From Octopus bimaculoides (Eukaryota): DNA of 34,458 nucleotides. The translations under genes were made by a program, and so were the position numbers. Below the pieces are notes generated by a model. The model was not told the origin of the DNA. It did not search any database and worked only from the letters and a program-made list of their open reading frames with translations. The first letter of the stretch is position 1. Every line of letters begins with the position of its first letter. Below are positions 1-12,093 of this stretch, in pieces. The DNA is taken from assembly GCF_001194135.2 (NCBI RefSeq), contig NC_068990.1:43251791-43286248 (forward strand), written 5' to 3'.

Positions 1-127
1 ACGTGTCACCCGCACGAAAATGGCCACGCTCGAAATGGTGTGTTTTATGTGCCACCCGCACAAGAGCCAGTCCAGGGGCACTGGCAACGATCTCGCTCGA
101 AAACCCTACAAAGGCCAGTCAGGCGGT
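1..127 (-). mobile_element. RTE-clade LINE 3' UTR fragment (internal ~55-bp repeat array), young subfamily
   Basis: Units such as gtgccacccgcacaagagccagtccaggggcactggcaacgatctcgctcgaaaa recur at 331-535 and 5561-5612, where they lie next to the RTE 3'-terminal motif cc-ttcctaa(c/a)gccaaccact. Confidence 0.75.
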
Positions 128-160
128 ATATATATATATATATATATGTCTGTACGTATT

Positions 161-535
161 GTCGTCGTCGTTTAACGTCCGCTTTCCATGCTAGCATGGG
201 TTGGACGATTTGACTGAGGACTGGTGAAACCAGATGGCTACACCTGGCTCCAATCTGATTTGACAGTGTTTCTACAGCTGGATGCCCTTCCTAAAGCCAA
301 CCACTCAGAGAGTGTAGTGGGTGCTTTAACGTGTCACCCACACAAAGGCTAGTCAGGCGGTACTGGCAAAGGCCATGCTCATCTCGCTCGAGAAACCTCA
401 TGTGTCACCCGCACAAGAGCCAGCCCATGGGCACCAGCAACGATCCCGCTCGAAAAATCCCAGAACCCCACACAAGAGCCAGTTCAGCAGCACCGGCAAC
501 GATCTTGCTCGAAGAAATTTCATGTGTACATATAT
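161..535 (-). mobile_element. RTE-clade LINE 3' end, young subfamily, (GAC)n tail
   Basis: The reverse complement of 168-233 matches 14292-14356 (the 3' end of an RT-encoding copy) with 1 mismatch over ~65 bp. It contains the ccatgctagcatgg palindrome and the ggatgcccttcct motif common to the RTE copies here. Confidence 0.9.
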
Positions 536-659
536 TAAAATTAATATAGAGTAGCAAAAATTATAGAAATTTTTTCTACCAGTGGCCTAGTATCCTTACA
601 AAGTCTGTACACTAATTTTTGATATATATATTATATGTATATGCATATATATATATATA

Positions 660-1557
660 NNNNNNNNNNNNNNNNNNNNNNNNNNNNNNNNNNNNNNNNN
701 NNNNNNNNNNNNNNNNNNNNNNNNNNNNNNNNNNNNNNNNNNNNNNNNNNNNNNNNNNNNNNNNNNNNNNNNNNNNNNNNNNNNNNNNNNNNNNNNNNNN
801 NNNNNNNNNNNNNNNNNNNNNNNNNNNNNNNNNNNNNNNNNNNNNNNNNNNNNNNNNNNNNNNNNNNNNNNNNNNNNNNNNNNNNNNNNNNNNNNNNNNN
901 NNNNNNNNNNNNNNNNNNNNNNNNNNNNNNNNNNNNNNNNNNNNNNNNNNNNNNNNNNNNNNNNNNNNNNNNNNNNNNNNNNNNNNNNNNNNNNNNNNNN
1001 NNNNNNNNNNNNNNNNNNNNNNNNNNNNNNNNNNNNNNNNNNNNNNNNNNNNNNNNNNNNNNNNNNNNNNNNNNNNNNNNNNNNNNNNNNNNNNNNNNNN
1101 NNNNNNNNNNNNNNNNNNNNNNNNNNNNNNNNNNNNNNNNNNNNNNNNNNNNNNNNNNNNNNNNNNNNNNNNNNNNNNNNNNNNNNNNNNNNNNNNNNNN
1201 NNNNNNNNNNNNNNNNNNNNNNNNNNNNNNNNNNNNNNNNNNNNNNNNNNNNNNNNNNNNNNNNNNNNNNNNNNNNNNNNNNNNNNNNNNNNNNNNNNNN
1301 NNNNNNNNNNNNNNNNNNNNNNNNNNNNNNNNNNNNNNNNNNNNNNNNNNNNNNNNNNNNNNNNNNNNNNNNNNNNNNNNNNNNNNNNNNNNNNNNNNNN
1401 NNNNNNNNNNNNNNNNNNNNNNNNNNNNNNNNNNNNNNNNNNNNNNNNNNNNNNNNNNNNNNNNNNNNNNNNNNNNNNNNNNNNNNNNNNNNNNNNNNNN
1501 NNNNNNNNNNNNNNNNNNNNNNNNNNNNNNNNNNNNNNNNNNNNNNNNNNNNNNNNN
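660..1557. other. Assembly gap (other gaps: 4997-5448, 8697-8839, 13422-14290, 17550-17732, 18132-18141, 18569-18578, 24176-24275)
   Basis: Runs of N, each flanked by (TA)n, a minisatellite, poly-T, (GAT)n or LINE sequence. The long X-filled ORFs in the track are artefacts of these gaps. Confidence 0.99.
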
Positions 1558-1729
1558 ATATATATATATATATATAGATATACAGGGCAGAGAATCGTCA
1601 ATTAGTAATAAAATTAAAAATTAACAATTTTGCCGGGTAGCTCAGTATGAAAAAACCTTATCGGTAGAACCATTTATAATCATAAATATATAGGGATTAG
1701 CAGAATCCTGCTTCTCCAACATACTCAGT

Positions 1730-1831
1730 ATGTCTGTATTTATGTATGTCTGTCTGTTTGTCTGTATGGTTGTCTGTATGTCTGTCTGTATGTTTGTATG
1801 TATGTATGTATATACACATAAACATACATGT

Positions 1832-1877
<46 letters not shown>

Positions 1878-1885
1878 ACACACAA
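1730..1885. repeat. Compound microsatellite (TGTC/TGTA)n-(CG)n-(CA)n
   Basis: Directly visible. Confidence 0.95.
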
Positions 1886-2255
1886 AGGTTAATGGAGTTT
1901 CTTTGTGTCATCTTATAAATCTTTGCCAGCAGGTTGGGAAACATGTTTGGTATTTCTGTGTGTAGTTGTAAAGTAGCTTAGTGAAGTGACAATTGACACT
2001 TGGCGAACTGCTGTCAACTAAGGCTACATTAATAATAACAATAATGCATGTGTGAAGATAGTCTCCAGCCTTGCATCCTGATTAAGCAGTCACATAAGGT
2101 GCATGCATGAGTTGGTTCTATTCCTGTTGAATTATGGCATACATGTAAGAATATATATACATAGGTATGTAAAGAGGTAGCTAGATATATTTATGTGTGT
2201 GTGTGTGTGTATACACAAACACACACACACACACACATATATATACATATGTATG

Positions 2256-2454
2256 TATTATATTAGAGGGAAAAGGGACAACAATAACCAAGGCTGGGTG
2301 AGTATCTCAAGTCATTTAGGATAATCCAACCAGGGGAATGTGAATTTGAAGCCTTACAGCTTCCCCTTACCCTTAGCCTAATTAGATTATTCTAAATGAC
2401 TTGAGATACTCATCCAGCCTTGGTTTTTGTTGTCCTTTTTCCTCTAATATAATA
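2256..2454. mobile_element. 199-bp foldback / MITE-like element with ~75-bp inverted arms
   Basis: 2256-2330 versus the reverse complement of 2381-2454 differ by 6 substitutions and 1 indel; the spacer is 50 bp and both ends are TA-rich. Confidence 0.7.
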
Positions 2455-2716
2455 TATACCTGCTAACATGGAAGCCTAATATGAATCCCAAGCTCCAGCC
2501 TCAGCTGTGAACTTAGAACCTAATGGATGACCAATTATAGCACTTACTCAGCGTACCTATTCATTCTGATCGCAAGTGAATTAAACCCCTCATATTCACG
2601 TATGTATGTGTGTGCATGTGTTTGTGTTTGTGTGTGTGCGTGTGTTTGTGTGTGCGTGTGTGTGCGTGTGCGTGTGTCTGTCTGTCTCTATATTTGCCTG
2701 TCTGTCTGTCTTACAG

Positions 2717-4877
2717 CGTGTAGATCAGAGACTTATAGTGTTCCAGGTTGCCGGACAGTGTATTAGAGAGAATCAAGATGTTGTGGGAAAGAAATGTGTA
2801 TGGACAGATAGTAGTGCACTTGCTCTTAGTGATCCTGAAAATAAAAAAGGCATGGAAGAGCTACTATGAAAGATTATGAATTGCAGAGAATGAATGGGAG
2901 AAAGGGAGTCTTTCTCATGTGAACTCAGTAGAGGGACCAGCTATCCTAATTGACAGCAGCATAATAGATAAAGCAATTAAAAATATGAAAACAGGGAAGG
3001 TCCATTGGGAGTTACTGTACAGGTGCTTAAGATATCTGGTAGAGTTGGATACAGTCTTGTTACCTGTATAGTTAATCAGGTTATTCAGGAAAGTATAATC
3101 CCTAATGACTGTTAAAGCAGCATTATAGTCAGCTGCTACAAGGGCAAGGGTAATACCTTAGCTAGAAGTAATTATAAAGACATCTTGTTGCTGGACCAGG
3201 TAATGAAAGTTGTGGAGAGAGTTATAGCCCAATTAATTAGGAACAGAATTAGACTAGATGAAATGTACTTTGGCTTTGTTCTGTCCTGGGAAGAAGCACC
3301 ACACATGCTATTTTCATAGTCAGGCAACTGCAAAAGAAGTATTTAGTTAAGAAGAAGCCATTGTACTTGACATGTATTGATCTAGAGAAAGCCTTCGACA
3401 GAGTACCTCACTCTGTGATAGGGTGGTCCCTGAGGAAGCTAGGGATAAACGAATAGTTTGTGAAAGCAGTACAGGCCATGTAGAGGGTGTTGTTAGTAAG
3501 GTAAGGTAAGAGTTGGCCATGAGAATAGTAATGAATTTAGCATACAGGCAGTTGTTTACCAATGCTCAGCCCCCTCCTATTCATCCTCATACTCCAGGCC
3601 ATAACAGAAGAATTTAAAACTGAAGTCCATGAGAACTAGTATAAGTTGATGATCTTGCTCTCATAGCAGAATCTGTGACAGAATTAAAAAGAAACTCCAA
3701 GTGTGGGAAGAGAACCTGGAATCAAGGTCAACTTAGAAAGGACCAAGGTCCTAGTAAGTAAGAATTCAGATAGGATCCTTTGCCCTTCTGGTAAATGGCC
3801 CAGCTCAAAATGTAGAAAGGGTTTAGGCCAACATTCTATTTGGTGTATGCAGTGAAAGCTATGGACACATAAGAGATGTTTTGAAATAGTAGGAATGTTG
3901 ATAGATAAAGTAGTGTTTGTATGTGGAAGATGTACAGGAACCATAAAGACCACTGATACACAGGAAACTGATTTCTTCAAATGTCCTGGTGGCTCTCTGG
4001 CAGTTGTAGATAATTTTTGCTACCTAGATAACTTAATTATCAGTGGAGGAGGATGTACAGAAAGTGTAATGGCTAGAATAAGAAGAGGACGGGGAAAGTT
4101 CAGAGAGCTTTTACTTCTGTTGGCAACTAAAGTTCTCTCTCTCCAAGTGAAGGGAAGATTGTATGATGCATCTGTATGGACTGCAATGCTGTGTGGTAGT
4201 GAGATGTGGGCCCTGAATGTAGAGGACATGCAAAGGCTGCAGGAGAACAAAGTTGGTATGTTCTACTGGATGTGCAATGTCAGTGTACATGTGTGACAGG
4301 ACACTGGTGTATTGTGAGAGAAGTTGAGTATAAGATGATCAACATGCAGTGTGCAAGAGAGGAGACTGAAATGTTTTTTTTTTAACATTATGCAGATGGA
4401 TGAGGACAGTTGCTTGAAGAAGTGATAATCACTTAAAGTAGAGGGAAGTTGTGGAAGAGGGAGACCCAGGAAGACATGAAATGAAGTATTGAAGGCTGAT
4501 CTCAAAATGTTGGCCCTCATGAAGAGGATGACAGAGGACAGAGATTTGTTTGTGGCACATTCCTGTACTTGAGAAGACTCAATCAGCACAACATAATTGG
4601 GGTTCTAAAACCAAGAAGTCTTTCAAAAACATTGGTATGGGTGCCGGAGCCCCAGAAAAAGCATTGATGTCGATGCTGTGTTAAAAGTACTGGTGATGAT
4701 ACCATGTAAAAAGTACCAAATACACTCTGTAAACTGGTTGGCATTAGTAAGGATATCCAGTAGTAGAAACCAAACCAAAATGGACTATGGAACCAGGTGT
4801 GACCACAGGTCTTGCAATTTCCTGTCAAGCCATCTAAGACATGGCAGCATGGAAAACAGAAAATGAACACTAAATCT

Positions 4878-4934
<57 letters not shown>
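2717..4934 (+). mobile_element. Degenerate 5'-truncated RTE-clade LINE (linker, RT, PHD-like finger, C-terminus, 3' UTR, (GAT)n tail)
   Basis: Translations include [58 protein letters not shown] and GRLYDASVWTAMLCGSEMW, with many stops and frameshifts. The 3' end reads catggcagcatggaaaa followed by (GAT)n at 4879-4934. Confidence 0.93.
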
Positions 4935-4935
<1 letters not shown>

Positions 4936-5448
4936 ATATAACATAAATATATGAATACACATGTGTATCTATAAAAAGCACCATCCGAACGTGGTCNNNN
5001 NNNNNNNNNNNNNNNNNNNNNNNNNNNNNNNNNNNNNNNNNNNNNNNNNNNNNNNNNNNNNNNNNNNNNNNNNNNNNNNNNNNNNNNNNNNNNNNNNNNN
5101 NNNNNNNNNNNNNNNNNNNNNNNNNNNNNNNNNNNNNNNNNNNNNNNNNNNNNNNNNNNNNNNNNNNNNNNNNNNNNNNNNNNNNNNNNNNNNNNNNNNN
5201 NNNNNNNNNNNNNNNNNNNNNNNNNNNNNNNNNNNNNNNNNNNNNNNNNNNNNNNNNNNNNNNNNNNNNNNNNNNNNNNNNNNNNNNNNNNNNNNNNNNN
5301 NNNNNNNNNNNNNNNNNNNNNNNNNNNNNNNNNNNNNNNNNNNNNNNNNNNNNNNNNNNNNNNNNNNNNNNNNNNNNNNNNNNNNNNNNNNNNNNNNNNN
5401 NNNNNNNNNNNNNNNNNNNNNNNNNNNNNNNNNNNNNNNNNNNNNNNN

Positions 5449-5700
5449 CCTTCCTAACGCCAACCACTCTGAGAGTGTAGTAGGGGCTTTTACATGTCAC
5501 CGGCACGAAGTCCATTCAGGTAATACTGGCAACAGCCACGCTCAAAATGGTGTATTTTATGTGCCACCCGCACAAGAGCCAGTCCAGGGGCACTGGCAAT
5601 GATCTCGCTCGAAAGTCCTTACACATGCTGCGGGCACAAGTGCCAGAAAGGCGACGCTGGGCACAGGTGCCATCATGATTTCGCTTGCCCCAGCATCATA
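5449..5700 (-). mobile_element. RTE LINE 3' UTR fragment, same young subfamily as 1-535
   Basis: ccttcctaacgccaaccactctgagagtgtagt and the repeat unit at 5561-5612 are near-identical to 285-320 and 48-101. Confidence 0.85.
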
Positions 5701-5769
5701 TTTGTGTGCGTTATATATGCATACACATGCACATACATATATGTATACAACAAATATGTTAAAACAGGA

Positions 5770-6793
5770 AAGAAATGAGAGGACCTTGTTCAACTGGATG
5801 TGTAATGTTAGTGGATCATGTACTCAAATGATGGAGCATAAATGAGCTGAATGGAAAACTGGGTGTAAAAGTAATGTGGATGTATGACGACAGGTTCAAA
5901 GAGGTTCTGGCTGAGGCATACATCAAGATAAAGGAGAAGATAGAGGTCCATAGTGGAGAGGATGACTGGAAGTCCCTACAAGATAATCTATTACAATCCA
6001 CAGATTAGATTGGTGGTTGGAGCAAGCTACCAATCTGAGAGTTGTGATATAATGGTAGAATAGCACAATAGATAGAGTCACAGAAAATAAGAGGCAGGCC
6101 TGGAAACAGGGAAAGAAAGTAATGAACAGAGAATGAAGAAGATCTGACTAACCTGAGGACTGTGTTGGCCTCAATTCTCTGTTTTGGCAAGGCTTTATGG
6201 CTGGATGCCCTTCCTAATAACAATCCCTTTACAGAGCGTACAGGGTACATTTTTAGGATATGGTTGGGGAAAAGTATATTTGGAGTATTAATGATGCACT
6301 TATGCTCATTGAAGTCAAGAAGATGGTAACATTCATGTGGGTATGATGCCAAGGTGTCACATTCTTTGAATGGCAGAGAAGTATCATCATCAATTGCTAC
6401 AAGGCCTCAAGATATGCTCTAGATTGAAGCAACTATTGGGACTTCAAACTAATGGATGGAATAATGGAAGCCACAGAAAGAGTAAAAGTGCAACAGATTA
6501 GAAAGAGAATTGATTTAGTTGCAATGCAGTTCAGGTTTATGCCAGAACAGAGTATCACTGATGTTCTCTTGATGATGGTAGTTCTTCATGTTTGAAGATC
6601 ATGAAGAACAGTGGCAAATCCTTAAGTGGCCACATAAACTGATTCTTGAACAACAGGCTCTAAGTACACTTGGGGTAAATATGTAGGCTTTGGTCAGACC
6701 ACTGCAAGCAATGTTGAGAAGACCAAAGCAACTGCTGAAGATGAGAAATGCTAAACAAAGAAAGAGTTATCATCACAACCTCCTTCTGACCAT

Positions 6794-6868
<75 letters not shown>

Positions 6869-7040
6869 GATGAACAGCTTGTGAGAGCAGTGCAAGATGG
6901 ATGATCTATGAGAGATGCACAGAGATGGTACCAGAAAGTAAGAGTCATCAATAAGATTAATAAGGAGTTTATTGTGCAGGTTGGTGTCCATCAGATCTCA
7001 GTTACCAGCTCCCTTTAGTTTATTGCAGTCCATTTTTTTC
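5770..7040 (+). mobile_element. Mosaic of highly decayed RTE fragments, including an antisense 3'-UTR piece at ~6140-6260
   Basis: Remnants include NWMCNVS (C-terminal), KRQAWKQ, DMVGEKYIW, FKLMDGIMEATER..IRKRIDL..MQFRFMP and VQVGVHQ. The motif ggctggatgcccttcctaa at 6198-6216 is in minus orientation. Confidence 0.7.
6796..6862. repeat. (CA)n-(TA)n microsatellite
   Basis: Directly visible. Confidence 0.95.
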
Positions 7041-7089
7041 ATGCATGCATGGGTAGAATGAGATTTCTCCAATATAGCATTTCATGAAT

Positions 7090-7285
7090 TGTCGTCTCCT
7101 TCAAAAAGATCAGCCACCTGTGATCAGCTTTTACCACTTCTTCCTATGTCTATCTTGGTCTTCCTCTTTCATAGGTTCCTTCTGCCTGGATCATTTAGCA
7201 CAATTTTACTCAATTCTCATCCCCTGTGCATAATCACATGTCCAACACAGTCCTTTTTCTCTCTCACGTGCACAAGCCATATATG
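7090..7285 (-). mobile_element. Decayed RTE C-terminal fragment
   Basis: The reverse strand reads ...EGTYERGRPR*T*EEVVKAD..., matching the GRGRPRKTW.EV motif of the other copies. Confidence 0.7.
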
Positions 7286-7659
7286 AGAGTGTGTATGAAT
7301 GTAAATCTACATGGTGGAATGTATGTATGTAAACCTACATGGAATGATATATGTATGTATGTAAACCAAGATATACAAGCATGGTAAATTTGACCATTTC
7401 TCTGTAGATTGAAAAAACCAGATGAATGAATTCAATCAATTTTTGAACCTTATTGAGTTCTCATCAAAGATGTCTACATAACTTGACCAATCCCACTGAA
7501 AAAAGCAGCCATTTTATTTATATACACAAGAGAGATCTCAGTAGCTGCAGAAAACCGGAGCCACTAATTTGCATACTATGAGCATTTTACACTTTATTTG
7601 ATATCAGCAACCTATCAGCAAGGATCTCGATCCATACAGCATCAAGGTGCGATATAAAA

Positions 7660-7806
7660 TATGTAAACCTACATATCTCTACATACATACATACACACAC
7701 ACACATATACATACATACATATATATATGCATATGCATTCATACATACATATATACATACATACACACATACATATATATATGCATATGCATTCGTACAT
7801 ACATAC

Positions 7807-7897
<91 letters not shown>

Positions 7898-8005
7898 TAG
7901 ACACACAGACACATATATATACACACATATATATACACATATATGTATACACACACACACACACACACATATAGACATTCATACATAAGTGCACATACGC
8001 ATATA
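7660..8005. repeat. Compound (CATA)n/(TA)n/(CA)n microsatellite
   Basis: Directly visible. Confidence 0.95.
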
Positions 8006-9868
8006 ATATTCAACTATTTTCTAATCTCTCCATCTACCAATTCTACTTGATATAAACCCATCACATCTTGTACGTTTATAACGGAAAAAAAAAATCTACC
8101 AATGAAATTGCAAATCAGATTTCATTTGAAGTGGCTTATGCTGAATTTGTGACAAAACCAGTGTAAATTTGCATATATTTCTGCTCCACTGCTTATTTTC
8201 CATATTTAGATATATGAAAGTATCTGTGAATCAGAAATAAGTTAGAAATAAATTAAAGTATTAAAAAAAACAGCAGAAAAACAAATAAAAATTGTGATGG
8301 TAAATGTAAAAATCTGTCCATATATGGTTGAAAATATAGATAAGTGCAAAAGAAAAAAAATGATTGCTTACAGGAATGTGGCATCAAATTAGTTTGCATG
8401 TTTCATTTACAGAGAGAAGAAAGCAGCAGCAGCGGCAACAAGAATAACAACAACAACAACAACAATAACAACAGCAATGAGAATAAGAAGAAGAAGAAGC
8501 AGAAGAAATAGTAACAAAACAATCAATAATAACAACACCATAAAAGAAAATTTAACAAAACAGTTATGTATGAGAAAGATCAGCTTAGTTGACATTTGAC
8601 AATAAATCATGCATGACCTTTGGAATATTTTATGTAGTGTGTGTGTATGTGTGTGTCTGTGTGTGTGTGTGTGCGTGTGTGTACATATGTATATATNNNN
8701 NNNNNNNNNNNNNNNNNNNNNNNNNNNNNNNNNNNNNNNNNNNNNNNNNNNNNNNNNNNNNNNNNNNNNNNNNNNNNNNNNNNNNNNNNNNNNNNNNNNN
8801 NNNNNNNNNNNNNNNNNNNNNNNNNNNNNNNNNNNNNNNTATATATATACACACACACACATGCACACACACATATATGAATATGTGTGTGTATTTGTGT
8901 ATATGTGTGTGTGTGTATATATGCATGTATATATGTATGTGTGTATATATGCATGTATATATATTAGCATTTTGACTTCATTGCTTCAGAAAATAAAGGG
9001 TGGAGTGAAAACACCCATGCTAATGAGATTTTTTTTTTTTTCTCAGAGAAATGTTTCATTAAGATTTATCTCAAGCATGTTCTCCATACATATTATGATA
9101 TCATCACTGTATCTGTCATTGCACATTTGTCATTTTCTTATTTGCATTCAACCACCATCACCATCGCCCTACTTCATATATACATATTTTATTGAAATTG
9201 TGTTCATTTCTGTCTCTGTTGACAATTTTAACCTAATAAATATTCTTCTAGATATTTCTCTCATCTTTGAATTTATTCCCAATACAAAACAGATATGAAA
9301 CAAAGCAATTTTTTTTTAAAGCCTCTTACCATTGGAACAGAGGTTTTTAATAGAACGCATCAGAATTCTATTTGAGTCACATGCAGTGTTAACTTTGCTC
9401 ATTATCAGGATAATGACCAAAATGATGAAACACCAGACTGAATGTCCTACAGTATTATGTTCTCTGTACCTGCATTGAGATTCTGAATTTAGTCAGGATC
9501 AGCTCTGTTGTCTGTTTCTTTGTGTTCATTCATCAGATGCCAACCTCCTAGAGATCCCTCCCTACTTCTGATTCAAAAATATCCATATTTAAATTAAAAC
9601 CTTTCACAATTTTATGTAAACAGCCACTTGTCGTTTTAAAAGCCATATATAACAATGATTCATCACCCTTGCTGTGTCTAACCAGCCGTCTCCATATCTT
9701 ATACTAATCACTATGCAGAAGAATCCAATAACAAGAAAAAACAATAACAAAAGAAAAATCAATAACAAAAGAAAAAACAATAACAAAAGCACAGTCCTTC
9801 TTCCCCAGAATGTTGACTCTGGAACTTCCAAGCTGCTCCTATCTTTCCTGCACATGTTGACTTGCAAT

Positions 9869-10140
9869 GGTGAAGGCACATTGCTAAGTGGTTAGGGTAT
9901 TCGACTCATGATCATAAGACCACAAGTTTGCTACCTGGCAGAGCATTGTGTCCTTCAGCAAGACACTTTATTTCACTCAGTCCACTCAGCTGATAAAAAT
10001 GAGTAGCACCTGTATTTCAAAGAGCAAGTCTTGTCACATTCTCTAACACCAAGATTAAGGTTACATGTGTTTGTGGAGTGCTCAGCCACATGCGCATTAA
10101 TTTCACATGCAGGTATATGATGATGATGATGATGATGATA
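9869..10140 (+). mobile_element. tRNA-derived SINE (family A, CORE-like central domain) with (GAT)n tail
   Basis: It has an A-box-like gctaagtggttagg, a decayed B-box and the central motif ttgtgtccttcagcaagacactttatttca. An antisense homologue lies at 14395-14650. Confidence 0.75.
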
Positions 10141-10245
10141 ATTTTGTTAAAATACCACAATAAAAAACGTGGAAACCAGACTATATTTTAACTTTATTCA
10201 ACAGATATATATAAACATATACATACATATATTTATATATATATA

Positions 10246-12050
10246 TGAGATGCTTAGAATATCTGGCAGAGTAGGATATGGCCTAGTCACCTGTATAGTT
10301 AATCAGGTTGTCCATGAGGGAGTTATACCCAACGATTGGTGTAGCAAAATAATAGTCAACTGTTACAAAAGCAAAGGTGATGCCTTACACAGAAATAATT
10401 ACAGAGGCATCAAATTGCTGGACCAAGTGATAAAAGTCACAGAAAGGGTTATAACTCAATTAATTAGGAAGAGAGTTAGTGTAGATGAGATGCAGTTTGG
10501 AATTGTGCCAGGTAGGTGCATGATTGATGCTATATTCCTGGTTAGGCAACTGCAGAAGTATTTAGCCAAACCTACACCACTGTACCTGGCTTTTATTGAC
10601 ATAGAGAAAGCATTTGAAAGGGTCCCCCTCTCCCTCATCTGGTGGTCAATGCAGAAGCTAGGGATAGATGAGTGGTTAGTGAGAGCAGTACAATCCATGT
10701 ACAGGGATGCTACCAGTAAGGTGAAGGCTGGCAACGAGTATAGCAATGGATTCAGTGTACAGGTAGTTCACCAAGGCTCAGTTTTCAGCCCCTTCTTGTT
10801 TATCTTAGTCTTCCAGGCTTTAACAGAATTCAAGACCAGCTGTCCCTGGGAGCTCCTCTGCACTGACGACCTTGTTCTTACAGCTGAGTCACTACCTGAC
10901 CTAGAGAAGAAATTTCAGGTGTGGAAACAAGGCTTGAAATCTAAGGGCCTTAGAGTTAATTTAGTAAAAACCAAAGTCCTACTAAGTAGAAAAACAGACA
11001 AATCACAAGTCCCTTCTGAGAAATGGCCCTGCTCAATATCCAAGAAGGGTTTTGGTAGAAACTTCATATGTTGTAGCCAGTGCAGATTCTGGACACATAA
11101 GAGGTGTAGTGGCATCACAGGAAGATTAATGGAGAATATAGTATTTGTGTGTGACAAATGTGCAGGTACAATAAGCACTAAAAATGCACAGACAATAGAC
11201 TCCATCAAATGTTCAGTGGGATCATTAGAAGTAGTAGAAAGCTTCTGTTATCTAGGAAACCCAGTTAGCAGTGGTGGAAAGAGTTCTGATAGTGTAATTG
11301 CTAGAACAAAAATGGGCTGGACAAAGTTCAGATTGCTTCTGCTTTTGTTGATACCTACAGGCCTCACTGTCAGAGTGGAAGGCAGATTGTATGATGTCTA
11401 TGTACAAACAACTACATTACATGGCAGTGAAACATGGGCTTTGACTACAGAGAGCTTGTGAAGGCTTGACAGAAATGAAGCTAGCATGCTGGATGGGTAA
11501 TGTCAGTGTGCATGCATGACTGAGTGTAAATGATTTAAGAGGAAAACTGGATATAAGAGGCATCAGACATTGTGTGCAAGAGAGACGCCTGCACTGGTTT
11601 GGTCATGTGATGTGTACAGATGAGGACAGCTGCATAAAGAAGTTCTGAGTTCTAATTTTGGAGGAAACCTGTGGAAAGGGTAAAACCAGGAAGATGTGGG
11701 ATAAAGTGGTGAGAAAGGACCTTTGGATGCTGGGCTTCACTGAGGAAATGACAAGAGACCAGGAGATGTGAGAATTTGTTGCACTTGGTGTATCAAGCTA
11801 ACGAAAATCGCTGTCTTCCAAACATACAGTCTTGTCTTATCAGGTACCAGTGCCACATAGAAAGCACCCATGCTGGTGCTGCATAAACGGGCCCATGTTA
11901 GTGATACATAGAAAGCACCCAGCACACTCTGTAAAGTGGCTGGCATTAGGAAGGGCATCCAGCTGTAGAAACAACTGGAGTCTGGACAGCTTCATGTCAA
12001 ACCATCCAACCCATGCCAGCATGGAAAGTGGATATTAAACAATGATGATG

Positions 12051-12052
<2 letters not shown>
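10246..12052 (+). mobile_element. 5'-truncated RTE-clade LINE with a ~400-codon open RT segment (to 11461); non-functional
   Basis: RT motifs are NYRGIKLLDQVIKVTERV, MQFGIVPGR, AFIDIEKAFERVP, VHQGSVFSPFLF, CTDDLVL (YADD degenerate), GLRVNLVKTKV, a PHD-like block and FCYLG. There is no endonuclease domain. The 3' end reads catgccagcatggaaag followed by (GAT)n. The first 26 aa of the track ORF are flanking (TA)-rich sequence. Confidence 0.95.

Positions 12053-12093
<41 letters not shown>

Noticed and set aside
612-1624. ~330-aa ORFs across the first gap, and similar ORFs at 4583-5602, 8407-9298, 12859-14362, 17452-17844 and 24016-24328
   Set aside because: They are open only because N-runs and stop-free microsatellites are translated; the only real coding parts are LINE fragments.
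1632-1646. gccgggtagctcagt resembles a tRNA 5' end / A-box
   Set aside because: There is no B-box, T-arm or cloverleaf downstream.
8413-8512. Possible terminal exon after tttcatttacag (REESSSSGNKNNNN..KKKKKQKK*) with AATAAA near 8600
   Set aside because: It consists entirely of trinucleotide low-complexity sequence with no upstream partner exon, and it cannot be distinguished from microsatellite.
9604-9879. Minus-strand ORF with a transmembrane-like stretch (FWGRRTVLLLLFFLLLL..)
   Set aside because: The hydrophobic run derives from an 18-bp tandem repeat (aataacaaaagaaaaaac x3), the start overlaps a SINE head, and there are no convincing splice sites.
10169-11461. 430-aa ORF as a functional gene or domesticated RT
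   Set aside because: It has a GTG start in AT-rich flank, no endonuclease, YADD decayed to CTDD, a lost PHD Cys, a premature stop and downstream frameshifts. It is an ordinary dead LINE copy.
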